Shown here in pieces: positions 9,469-18,632 of a stretch of 64,000 nucleotides of DNA. Under the pieces are notes generated by a model. That model saw only the letters and a program-made list of their open reading frames with translations, had not been told where the DNA came from and made no database searches. The stretch is from Planctomycetota bacterium (GTDB taxonomy: Bacteria > Planctomycetota > PLA2 > JAEUHO01): assembly GCA_965222115.1 (NCBI GenBank), contig CBDCTJ010000007.1:1440001-1504000 (forward strand), in the 5' to 3' direction. Each line of letters opens with the position of its first letter. The first letter of the stretch is position 1. The position numbers were made by a program, and so were the translations under genes.

Positions 9469-12400
9469 ATGCGCCATTCAAAGCTTGCAATCGTGTTGAT
9501 TGCCGCGGTCGCCCTCGGTGTGATCCCTGCATGCGGCAGTGGACACGGCGGTGGCGGCGGAAACGGATATTCCGTTGCAAACAATCCGCTATTTATCGGT
9601 TCTCCCGCGTTCCCCAGTGGACTCGTCGCGGGTGATCACGTTGAGTGGGCAATTCCTCTCAGTGGCGGTTGCGGTGGGCCCTACGACATTGAAATCGTAG
9701 CGGGTCAGCTCCCCGAAGGTCTTGAAGTCGACACGACGGCTGGCGAGTTCTGGACCGACCTCAACAACAACGACGTCTATGATCCGGGCGAGCCCTACCG
9801 CGAGGGGGAAGGTGCCTGGAACAACGGCGTCTATGACGCCGACTACCCACGTCACCACATCGTGGGCATTGCGATGGGTGAAGACACGTATAGCTTCAGC
9901 ATTCGCATTGACGATACCGGCTGCTCACCTTTCTCCAGTCAAGTCATCGACGTCGATTGGACAATTGGTGACGGTCCGCTCGCAATCGTAGGCGCCAATC
10001 CGCCACTCATTGAGCAGCCTGGCTATGGCTTTGGTCCGCGTGGTGAGCCGCTCCCCGAGTGGGAAGACATTGCTGGTTTGCCCGATACGGTATTCGGCTC
10101 AACGATCGCCTTTAATCTGATTGCTGTTGGTGGCGCCGCTCCCTATAGCTGCGAATTGATCGACGATCCCAATGACCCCGATGACAGCGGCACGTTGCCC
10201 TCGGGTGTCTCCATGCCCGCGCAGTCCTGCGCACTTGTTGGTCGCCCCATTCAGGTGGGTCCCAATGGTAAGCCCTGGCGCTTTACGTTCCGCGTCACCG
10301 ACGCGAACGGCGAACAGGCCATTCGAAAGATCCAGTGGCGTATCGCAACGCCCGCGCTCATCTTCGCAACCGACTCTATGCCCGATGGCGTTGCCGGTTC
10401 GCCTTATACCGCCACGATGGCGGTGGCCGAGGGTGTGCCGCCCTTCCTGTTCGAACTCGTGCGCGGCATTCCGTCGCCCAACGACAACTTGGATTCGAGC
10501 TGGGTCTACGCCTCGCCCAACGCTCCCGTACTCCCGGGCGCCAACGCCCCAACACTTACGCCTTCTGGTAACGCAATTGCTGCGGACAAGATCAGCCGCA
10601 CCGACTACCCAGCGGCGTCAAATCCAGGGCCCGATTACACGGCTACGGGTGCGCCTTCGGAGGGCATGTTCTTTGACGACACGCCATTTGATCCCGGTGT
10701 GTTCTCCGGCATTCCTCGTCGTGTAGGCGACTTCCAGGTTCATGTCCACGCCTACAGCCAGTCGATTCCCAATGAGCGTGGTCAGCATGCCTTTGGCTCG
10801 CTGACATTTACGATTGCTCCAGCGCCCGCGTTCGCGATTACGCCGAGTACGTTTGTCGAGGATGCGCTCACGTCTACGCTTCCCGATGGTCAGCCCACCC
10901 TTGCCGAGTTTGAAGTCGGTGCCGGTGTTGCCAATGACCGTGTACTTGCTGCCACCGGTGGCGTGGCCATGGACGGCTGGCAGGACGATCCACACATTTC
11001 AGATCGCCTCACCGATCCTACAGAAACGGTGCCCGCGCCGCACTACACATGGAGTGTGTCCGATTGGGATCCGCTCAATGAGGGCTGGCATGATCCTGCG
11101 AATCCGGGTTTTGCCGTAGGGCAGCCGATCGACATTTCCATTGTGGGTGCCGACGTCATGACAGCCGCAAATAGCGGCAATGACCTAGTGCGTCAGTCAC
11201 GCCAGGTGATCGAGCTCACGGTGGCCGATGAGCAGTTGCCCACGACGCTCACAAATATTGTCACGCAGCGGGCGGGCATCAGCATCGGACCGGACCAGGT
11301 CATCGTGACCGTCAGCGATATTGGCGCCTCCACCACAACGTTCTCGACAAACAACACAACCATGCACGACGACCAAGTGTTTATCCGTCAGTGGGACTTG
11401 GTGCAGGGCAGTGGTGGTGTGAAAGACCTTACCGACGCCAACTTGACCGCTGGCACGGTGTTCCCTGCTGCGGCTGGGCTTACGACGACCAACAACTTGG
11501 GTACGTTGCTGTCGGGCACTGGCAGTACAGGCTCTGGATTCAATCCTCAGAGCGTGGATATATTGCGCGTGGTGATTAATCCCTCGGGTTGGTGGGACGA
11601 TATGTTCTCGCTCCATCCCAAGGGTGGACGCGCAATGCAACACACCGATCCGAACCAGCCGCGATCCAATTACGGGATGGGCTTTTACTCGTATGGCTGG
11701 CATGCGTCCATGTCGTGTCTGGAGCTGCCCGAGGCACCCAATGTTACGCATGCTCCCGCTTCAGGCATATTCGCCGATGGCGGTCGTATGTATGCGTTTG
11801 ACACGGGCACGCACTTTGGCGTGTTCACGATCCGTTCCGATGCCTCGATCTACGTACCCTTCGCCTACAAGAAGGACACAACGTACGCCGGGTTCGGAGA
11901 CGGTATGCTGGATACGCGCACGTCGACGGCGGGCTCGTACGGATTCGCTCGAAACGTGAATATCGCGATCAGCCCGGATGGTCGGTTTGCCGCGATGAAG
12001 CTCAAGCGCAACCCCACCACGTACAACGAGAGCGGTACACTCAGTGGTATCGTGATCTTCGACTTGACGGGGCAGCAACCGTTTGGTGCTTCCGATGCGC
12101 ACTACAAGATCATTGGTACTGGCGCGAGTTCACTCACGTACGCTGGGGCCGACATCTTCGCAGGCACTACGATGGTCATGACCAATCAGCGTCTGTACTT
12201 CATCATCAAGCACACGTTTAACTCGTCCCTCAATACAACGCCGCCCTTCTCGGACGACACGCACTGGAATAATCATCATGTGATGACGTATGACATTCTC
12301 GGGGCCGGCACGAGCGCAGTCTTGGCGACTAGCACGGATGCTGCTTGGACGCAGACGGCTGCAACGCCTATGCAGACTCCTGGCCAGCTTTGGCGCCCGC

Positions 12401-14313
12401 TGAATCTGTCCACGAGTAATGGCTGGGATCGCAACTGGGTGTCTCCCGAGTCGCACATGTACGGCGGCATGAACTTGCTGGAGAACAGCTTGGCGCCTAT
12501 GCCATTCCGTGTGAACGCTGCAGGTACACATTGCGCGTTGCTGGCAGCGTCTCGCGCGACGAGCGTTACAAGCACCTCGGATCCAATGAACTTCTACTGT
12601 TGGGTTGATACGGGAACCGGGAGCTTCAAGCGCGTCACCAGTGTGCGCCGAAAAGTCCCTCAGGGTGGTCAGCGCATTGGCGCACTTCACATTGGACCCG
12701 CGTCGTCCTATCGTCACTGGGGCTACTACGATGGCCCAAGCACGGGCTTCGAGATTTCTGACGATGGCTCCAAGATTGCTTTCGCCTACCAGACCTTCGG
12801 TACGTGGTCCTCATCGACAACATCTACCTTTGGCGGTATTCATCAGCAATACGGGCACTTCAACCGTTTTCGACAGAATGTGCTAGTGACGAAGTCTACG
12901 TCAGGGACTTCTTGGCCGGGCTTTACGGAAAATGAGGTTACCCGGAATACCTTTGGTGGAACGCACCTTTGGAAGTTCGGCTGCCTGACGTTCTCGCCCA
13001 AGAATGACAAACTGTTCTTCTATGCAGGCGCTAGCAATGGCGATACGGACACGACGAGTGATGGCTCGTTCTCGATTTTCTCGACATCAACCTCCTACAG
13101 TTACTACTCGTGGGACCAGTGGTCCTGGCAGAAGCGCGGTAGCTTCTACGTGTTCGATACGAGCGACGCGGTTGGTAGCGAGGAAGTAAAGAACGTATTC
13201 GCGTCGGCCGACGGTGGCCATGGATCCGCGGGTACGCTCTACACGGGCACGACCACAGGACGGTTTAATCCGACCGATCCTTCGTCCACCTATCAGACCA
13301 ACTGGGGATACTTGCAGCCGCGTGGTGGCTTCATGTCGGAAAACCGCCAGTTCCTCTACTTGTACAACAAGAACATCTTGACGACTTCAGGTAACGGCTC
13401 AAATACGGGCGGCATGCTCGTCGGCATCAACCTGACGGATCAGGCGGTAAATGGCCATGCGGCAGAGACGGGCTTCAGGCTCGGCAAGTGGCCCAATCGC
13501 AGGTCTTTCTTGGTCGACTACCCGGGCGGTTACAGCCGTTATTCGGCGTGGTCTACTCAGGGTTATTACGACCCGGCCAAGGGGGCCTCGGGCGGCAAAC
13601 AGGTAATGGTGGCTGGCACGAGCGCAAGTGATCCCAATCGCGGCGTCGTGTACTTCTCCACAACCTCCTACCGGAACGGCACGAGTTCAAGTGTCTATAC
13701 GGGCAACCGATATTCTGGCGATCGCATCAGGGGTCCTTGGTCCGGTAACGGATACGAGGGTGGCGATGTGAATGCGTTTAGTTCAAACGTAGGTGGTGAA
13801 GTGGCGCGTCTTACACACCCGACCATTAACGACCCCGCAGTCAATCTCGGCGCAACGAGTAGCTACCCCAGTGGCAATTCAAACTATCGTCGCGTGCATT
13901 TCTTGAAGACCACGCGCGATGGCCGCCGCGTTGCGTATGTGTATGATGCGAACTACGGCAGTTCGTCCGTCCACTACGGGCAAGAGGGTATCGGCTTGAT
14001 CAACAACCTTCAGTTCAGCGCTACAACGGGTGCGTTGCACTCGGGCTTCAACGGTACGCGCAACTGCGTGATGCTTGAGGGGAATCACGGTGGGCTGACG
14101 GGCTTGGTCGGTCAAAGTCTCGGTCGCGCGGGTGACGCCATGGCGTTTGACTCGCAGGGCACTACGCTTTACTACGCGTTCGGCTCAGGCAATGAGAATG
14201 CTAAGACGCTCAAGGGTGTCAAAGTTGGCGATGACGGAACCGCACCCACTTCGGATGAGGCCTATGGTTGGGCCACCGCGAAGCGGTATAACGTGTTGTT
14301 TGCCGCTCGCTAG
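9469..14313 (+). CDS. Very large predicted lipoprotein (~1614 aa) with putative Ig-like (He_PIG-type) repeats and a Ser/Thr/Gly/Tyr-rich beta-rich C-terminal half; probable surface protein or adhesin
   Basis: RBS aaggagag precedes ATG 9469. Lipoprotein signal MRHSKLAIVLIAAVALGVIPA-C. Ig-like repeats GGCGGPYDIEIVAGQLPEGL, GGAAPYS..LPSGVSM and TDSMPDGVAGSPY. Ca-binding-like segment DLNNNDVYDPGEPY. The ORF-track start at 9202 is probably too far upstream. Confidence 0.8.
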   Translation: MRHSKLAIVLIAAVALGVIPACGSGHGGGGGNGYSVANNPLFIGSPAFPSGLVAGDHVEWAIPLSGGCGGPYDIEIVAGQLPEGLEVDTTAGEFWTDLNNNDVYDPGEPYREGEGAWNNGVYDADYPRHHIVGIAMGEDTYSFSIRIDDTGCSPFSSQVIDVDWTIGDGPLAIVGANPPLIEQPGYGFGPRGEPLPEWEDIAGLPDTVFGSTIAFNLIAVGGAAPYSCELIDDPNDPDDSGTLPSGVSMPAQSCALVGRPIQVGPNGKPWRFTFRVTDANGEQAIRKIQWRIATPALIFATDSMPDGVAGSPYTATMAVAEGVPPFLFELVRGIPSPNDNLDSSWVYASPNAPVLPGANAPTLTPSGNAIAADKISRTDYPAASNPGPDYTATGAPSEGMFFDDTPFDPGVFSGIPRRVGDFQVHVHAYSQSIPNERGQHAFGSLTFTIAPAPAFAITPSTFVEDALTSTLPDGQPTLAEFEVGAGVANDRVLAATGGVAMDGWQDDPHISDRLTDPTETVPAPHYTWSVSDWDPLNEGWHDPANPGFAVGQPIDISIVGADVMTAANSGNDLVRQSRQVIELTVADEQLPTTLTNIVTQRAGISIGPDQVIVTVSDIGASTTTFSTNNTTMHDDQVFIRQWDLVQGSGGVKDLTDANLTAGTVFPAAAGLTTTNNLGTLLSGTGSTGSGFNPQSVDILRVVINPSGWWDDMFSLHPKGGRAMQHTDPNQPRSNYGMGFYSYGWHASMSCLELPEAPNVTHAPASGIFADGGRMYAFDTGTHFGVFTIRSDASIYVPFAYKKDTTYAGFGDGMLDTRTSTAGSYGFARNVNIAISPDGRFAAMKLKRNPTTYNESGTLSGIVIFDLTGQQPFGASDAHYKIIGTGASSLTYAGADIFAGTTMVMTNQRLYFIIKHTFNSSLNTTPPFSDDTHWNNHHVMTYDILGAGTSAVLATSTDAAWTQTAATPMQTPGQLWRPLNLSTSNGWDRNWVSPESHMYGGMNLLENSLAPMPFRVNAAGTHCALLAASRATSVTSTSDPMNFYCWVDTGTGSFKRVTSVRRKVPQGGQRIGALHIGPASSYRHWGYYDGPSTGFEISDDGSKIAFAYQTFGTWSSSTTSTFGGIHQQYGHFNRFRQNVLVTKSTSGTSWPGFTENEVTRNTFGGTHLWKFGCLTFSPKNDKLFFYAGASNGDTDTTSDGSFSIFSTSTSYSYYSWDQWSWQKRGSFYVFDTSDAVGSEEVKNVFASADGGHGSAGTLYTGTTTGRFNPTDPSSTYQTNWGYLQPRGGFMSENRQFLYLYNKNILTTSGNGSNTGGMLVGINLTDQAVNGHAAETGFRLGKWPNRRSFLVDYPGGYSRYSAWSTQGYYDPAKGASGGKQVMVAGTSASDPNRGVVYFSTTSYRNGTSSSVYTGNRYSGDRIRGPWSGNGYEGGDVNAFSSNVGGEVARLTHPTINDPAVNLGATSSYPSGNSNYRRVHFLKTTRDGRRVAYVYDANYGSSSVHYGQEGIGLINNLQFSATTGALHSGFNGTRNCVMLEGNHGGLTGLVGQSLGRAGDAMAFDSQGTTLYYAFGSGNENAKTLKGVKVGDDGTAPTSDEAYGWATAKRYNVLFAAR

Positions 14314-14358
14314 AGAAGTGAGGCGAGCGACATCCCTCCCGCGCTAGGGAGGCTCGGT

Positions 14359-14401
14359 GAAGGGTGCTGGCCGATTTGGTCCGCACCCTTCCCTGTTTTT
14401 T
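14359..14401 (+). terminator. Intrinsic terminator after the large lipoprotein gene
   Basis: Stem gaagggtgc...gcacccttc followed by cctgtttttt. Confidence 0.7.
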
Positions 14402-14492
14402 GGCATTCAATGGACTGAATCTGATTCTCGACGAAACGTGCTGTGAGAAGGTGCTGCACCAAACGTCGCTACAGGTGAGAGAGCACAGTCCG

Positions 14493-15077
14493 ATGAGCGT
14501 GCTGCGAATACTGTTGATGCTTGTGGCCATCGGATCCACCGCCTGGTTTGCGCTGTCGATGCTCGACGAAGAAGCGCCCGCAGTTCACGTTGTAGACGAA
14601 TTCGAGCCGGTCGCGCGGCCTATCGTCCGGAACCCGACGCCCAAGCCCGAGAAGACTGTGTCCAGCAACTCTCAGAAGAACAAGCTTCCTCCCCTGCGCG
14701 TGACGGCAGAGCTCCCTAAAGACACACCGCTCCAGGAGCGTTTTCATCACACTGTGCTGTCATTTGACGTGACCGAAACGGCTTCACCACCCAAGGCTCA
14801 AGTAGCAGTAGGCGTTGCGAAGGACGCTGAGATCTCCGGCGAGCATGTGCTCAAAGTGCTGTCGCGCGTTTGTCCTGTAAAATTCGAGCCACCCGCCGCT
14901 CGGCGCAAGTTCATTGGGCGGTCGTTTACGATATTGGACGAATGGGCGAAACGTGGCGTCCGCGGGAACGAGCTTATCGAGATGCTTCATGCGTCCGGTA
15001 TGGATGTCGTATTTTCGGAACGACACGTGTCGATTTCCTTTCCCGATCAAGGCCATGAAGATTCGCAAGGCCAGTGA
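14493..15077 (+). CDS. Hypothetical membrane-anchored or exported protein
   Basis: N-terminal hydrophobic segment (MSVLRILLMLVAIGSTAWFALSML), a Pro-rich linker and a small C-terminal domain. Start placed downstream of the terminator. Confidence 0.6.
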   Translation: MSVLRILLMLVAIGSTAWFALSMLDEEAPAVHVVDEFEPVARPIVRNPTPKPEKTVSSNSQKNKLPPLRVTAELPKDTPLQERFHHTVLSFDVTETASPPKAQVAVGVAKDAEISGEHVLKVLSRVCPVKFEPPAARRKFIGRSFTILDEWAKRGVRGNELIEMLHASGMDVVFSERHVSISFPDQGHEDSQGQ

Positions 15078-15083
15078 CCCTGG

Positions 15084-15695
15084 TTAGCGTTTCAACTTTC
15101 GTCCTGCGCCATTGAGGAATAGATCGAGCACAGGATCGGCCAGGCGTGTTGCCCGTGGCTGGGGTCGTTCCGCATGCGCGCGGTGCGCTGCCCGATCGGC
15201 CATGGCAACAAGCAGTTCGGCGCGCCGTACGGAGGTGGTCTTTCGCTCTCCCGGTCTGCGAACGACGGCGTCCACGGCACTCTGGACGTGGGCCGCATAG
15301 TGATCACGAAGTTCGCGGATGCGTCGGTCCTGCTGGGGTGAGAGAGGGAGTTGTGGTCCTTGGAGCAGCCACGCTTCCGACGGATCTTCCATCACGCGGC
15401 GGATGTGATCGGTGATGAGGGCTCGTAGGCGATCCTTGGCGTTGCTCACACTTTGAGCGGCCTCGGCCGACGTCAAGGCGCGCGTCAGGCTGCGATGAAG
15501 CACCTGGTATGTGAGCGTTTCCTTGTTGGCGGCGTAGTCGTATACCGTCGAACACGCGACGCCAGCGCGCTTGGCTACGTCTCGAATGGAGGCGCCCCAG
15601 AAGCCGCGCTCGCGAAAGAGCGCCGCGGCTGCATTGAGGAGCGCGTCATGTCGTTCCTTTCGCGTGCGTGGTGGGGCGGGACGGGTTTTCTTCAC
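15084..15695 (-). CDS. TetR/AcrR family transcriptional regulator
   Basis: HTH signature LLNAAAALFRERGFWGASIRDVAKRAGVACSTVYDYAANKE; overlaps the queD stop. Confidence 0.92.
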   Translation of the reverse strand: MKKTRPAPPRTRKERHDALLNAAAALFRERGFWGASIRDVAKRAGVACSTVYDYAANKETLTYQVLHRSLTRALTSAEAAQSVSNAKDRLRALITDHIRRVMEDPSEAWLLQGPQLPLSPQQDRRIRELRDHYAAHVQSAVDAVVRRPGERKTTSVRRAELLVAMADRAAHRAHAERPQPRATRLADPVLDLFLNGAGRKLKR

Positions 15696-16051
15696 GCGTC
15701 CTTCGACTCCGGTCCGCGGTAGCGCACGAAACAGCGACTCGTCTCATACAGCGTGAGTTCGTGAAGCGGTAGGTGCGGCGCCAGTCGATTCCACATCCAC
15801 TCGATCAGCAGCTCGGCGGTAGGATTTGATAGTATTGTGTTAAGGTCCTGGTGGTCCACTAGGTCAAGGACTTGCGTCTGCACAGCGTGCTTAAGGTCCG
15901 CAAAGTCCATCACCATGCCCGTGGTCGAATCTACCGGTCCCGACACCGATACCAGCAGCCGATAGCTATGTCCGTGGGGGCGCTTGCACTTCCCGGGATG
16001 ATTCGGGAGGTGGTGGGCGGCGTGAAACTCGAAGTGACGGGCGATGATCAC
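15692..16051 (-). CDS. queD: 6-carboxy-5,6,7,8-tetrahydropterin synthase (QueD/PTPS family)
   Basis: FHAAHHL, CKRPHGHSY, GMVMDFADLK, NPTAE and LYET motifs. Confidence 0.93.
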   Translation of the reverse strand: MIIARHFEFHAAHHLPNHPGKCKRPHGHSYRLLVSVSGPVDSTTGMVMDFADLKHAVQTQVLDLVDHQDLNTILSNPTAELLIEWMWNRLAPHLPLHELTLYETSRCFVRYRGPESKDA

Positions 16052-16063
16052 GTCGTGATTGTA
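16047..16063 (-). promoter_or_regulatory. -10 element (TACAAT) 6 nt before the queD GTG, overlapped by the palindrome ATCACG-T-CGTGAT (candidate TetR operator)
   Basis: Minus strand reads TACAAT-cacgac-GTG; palindrome at 16047-16059. Confidence 0.5.
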
Positions 16064-16283
16064 CGGGGTTCATGCGGTGGGCGTACCGAGTCGCTGCGAA
16101 ATCGAATCGTCCCTGCTCCGATCGCCTCGAATCAGTTGAGTTGGGCCTTTTGTCGGCGGTTTGTCCGAGAAATGCAAGTGTTTCGGATCGCACCCCTTCG
16201 GGGCAGGAACACTAGGTGCCTCGGCCCGCTCGTGGTGCAATTAGGGATGCGCCGACCGAGTCACCGAGGGAGCACTGGACGTC

Positions 16284-18623
16284 ATGCGCACAACTTCGTC
16301 GATAACTACGCCAGCTAGACGGACTCGATGGACGGTTCTCTGGCTCGTCGCCATGATCGCATGTCTTCTCGCAGTAGGCGAGACCCACGCGTGGGATCCC
16401 GAAACCGGGCGCCTGAACATCCGTGCCACGCTGGAACCCGCCGATCTTGCGGCCGGTCAAGAAGGTGTGTTCGTCGCTCACTTCGACTTGCCGCCGAAGG
16501 GCAAGATCCAGCTTGAAGAAGGCGAGGAGCTTCGCTGGGCGCCGGCCGAGATCAAGGGCGTCACCTTTCATCGTGACCGCATGACAACCACCCACCACAA
16601 GAAGTGGTACGACGAGGGGCTGGAAGAGAACTACCACGGTTGGAAAGAGAGCTTTCAAGTTCGCATTCCGGTCACCCTAGGGAAGGACGTTCCTAACGGC
16701 ATCTTGCTGAGCGTTGACTTCACGTACCTCGTCTGCGACGACATGGCGTGTTTTCAGGAAAACACCAACACGGTTACCGTCGCGATCGGCGGCAACGCGA
16801 GTGGCCATGCGACCGGACCCTTAGGCAATGGCAGTACCCCTGCGGACGTTTCAAACGGGGGCGTGGTCGGAGATGGTTCCGGCAAAGGCATCAAAGCAGG
16901 CGATGCGAAGAAGGGTCCTACGATCAGTCCGCCCATCACCGACAAGTCGGGAACGGCTACGCTCACCATCGACGATAAGAAGGACGTTGCGATTGTTACG
17001 TTTGAGCCGGCATTTGGCTTCTACTTCTATATGCGTGGCGACGAGATTGGTTCGCCGGTCGTGGTTTCACCTCAGAAGGCCGTAGGCATAAAGTGGGGAG
17101 CATTCGAGATACCGGAGACCGGCAAGTTTTACGACGTGCAGTCCGTTGAGGTGCCCTTTACGCGCGGCACGCAAGCTGTAGAGTTAGCGATAGACGTTGA
17201 ATGGTCTCCCTGCGAGGAAGGAACATGTTACGGCTCGGTCAAGGGAACGCTCCGTGCGTCTTTTGCCGAGGGTGTTCCCACCCCATCTACAGAAACACCA
17301 GTGTCAACCAAAGGCGCCGGCGTAATCGGTGACGTGGCCTTTGAGGTCGTCGAGGGTGATGACATCGCTGGCGCCAGCGGTGGCAAGGGCCCGTTCGGCG
17401 GAAAGACAGGCACGATTGGCTTGATGGGATTGTTGTTCCTGTTGGGCGCAGGCCTCGCGTTTACGCCGTGTGTGTTTCCCATCATTCCCATGGTGGTTGC
17501 GACCATTGGCGGCGGGGGGGACATTCCCAAGGGACGACTGGCGCGACTGCTAGGAACCTACGTACTCGGTCTATCGCTTACGTTTGCCGTTCTTGGGGTT
17601 GTATCAGCGCTCACTGGCGCCAGCATGTCGGCGGCCCTCGAGAGCAAGACCTTTCAGTGGGCATTTTCGATTCTCTTCATCGTCTTGAGCCTCGGTATGC
17701 TTGGCGTCTACGAGTTGCAACCGCCTGAGTGGGCTATGAAGTGGAATCGCGGTGCCGAAAAGCGCGCGGGTTCGTACCTCGGTGCATTCCTGTTTGGCGT
17801 ACTCGGTGCCATTCTTGCGAGTCCCTGTACGGGGCCAGCGATTGCAGGCCTTCTTGCCTACGTTGCCAAGACGGCCAATCCTGCATTGGGCTTCGTTTTG
17901 TTCTTTACGCTTGGGCTGGGCATGGGTGCAGTGTTCTTCGCGTTTGGCTCCATGAACTTCGCCCTTCGTCCGGGTCCCTGGATGGTGTGGGTGAGGTACT
18001 TTTTCGGCGCGCTACTATTCGCAGGCGCGATCTATTACATTGCGCAAGGTGAGTTGCTAGATCACACGATATTATTGATCGCGGGAATACTCATCACTCT
18101 CGTCTCAGCTTACTGGGTCTACAAGCACCTTAAGAATAAGGAGTTTGAGTCAGAACAGGTCTCCAGAAAGCGCGCCATTGTTGTGGCGGGGTCGTATCTC
18201 GTGCTGCTGTTCGGCATTTGGCTTTGGATGAGCCCGCCCGAGAATACGCTCAACTGGCAGTCCGTAGATAACGTCGATGAACTCAAATCGGCCGTTGCGA
18301 AAGCAAATGCCGAAGGACGCGCCGTCGTCATCGACTTCACCGCGAAGAACTGCACCTATTGCAAGTACTTCAAGAAGGTGATTTCTGACAATGAGAAGCT
18401 TTTAAGGAAGTTCCAAAAAGTGACCGCCATCAAGATTGACCTGACCGACGGGGAAAAACCGCGCATACGTGGCGCACTCGCCGTGCCGGCTCAAATCCGT
18501 CCCGTGATGGTTTTCATCGATAGCGATGGACGCATCCACCGCAAAGCCGATGTACTTGGCAACTGGCCTGGGTGGGATGATGCCCCCAAGTTTCTTGAAG
18601 AGCGCATCGACACGGTGCTGTAG
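16284..18623 (+). CDS. dsbD: Thiol:disulfide interchange protein, DsbD family (two N-terminal Ig-like Cys domains, TM domain, thioredoxin domain)
   Basis: YLVCDDMAC and WSPCEEGTC alpha-domain Cys pairs; FTPCVFP and ASPCTGP TM cysteines; DFTAKNCTYC thioredoxin motif. Confidence 0.9.
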   Translation: MRTTSSITTPARRTRWTVLWLVAMIACLLAVGETHAWDPETGRLNIRATLEPADLAAGQEGVFVAHFDLPPKGKIQLEEGEELRWAPAEIKGVTFHRDRMTTTHHKKWYDEGLEENYHGWKESFQVRIPVTLGKDVPNGILLSVDFTYLVCDDMACFQENTNTVTVAIGGNASGHATGPLGNGSTPADVSNGGVVGDGSGKGIKAGDAKKGPTISPPITDKSGTATLTIDDKKDVAIVTFEPAFGFYFYMRGDEIGSPVVVSPQKAVGIKWGAFEIPETGKFYDVQSVEVPFTRGTQAVELAIDVEWSPCEEGTCYGSVKGTLRASFAEGVPTPSTETPVSTKGAGVIGDVAFEVVEGDDIAGASGGKGPFGGKTGTIGLMGLLFLLGAGLAFTPCVFPIIPMVVATIGGGGDIPKGRLARLLGTYVLGLSLTFAVLGVVSALTGASMSAALESKTFQWAFSILFIVLSLGMLGVYELQPPEWAMKWNRGAEKRAGSYLGAFLFGVLGAILASPCTGPAIAGLLAYVAKTANPALGFVLFFTLGLGMGAVFFAFGSMNFALRPGPWMVWVRYFFGALLFAGAIYYIAQGELLDHTILLIAGILITLVSAYWVYKHLKNKEFESEQVSRKRAIVVAGSYLVLLFGIWLWMSPPENTLNWQSVDNVDELKSAVAKANAEGRAVVIDFTAKNCTYCKYFKKVISDNEKLLRKFQKVTAIKIDLTDGEKPRIRGALAVPAQIRPVMVFIDSDGRIHRKADVLGNWPGWDDAPKFLEERIDTVL

Positions 18624-18632
18624 CCCCATTCG

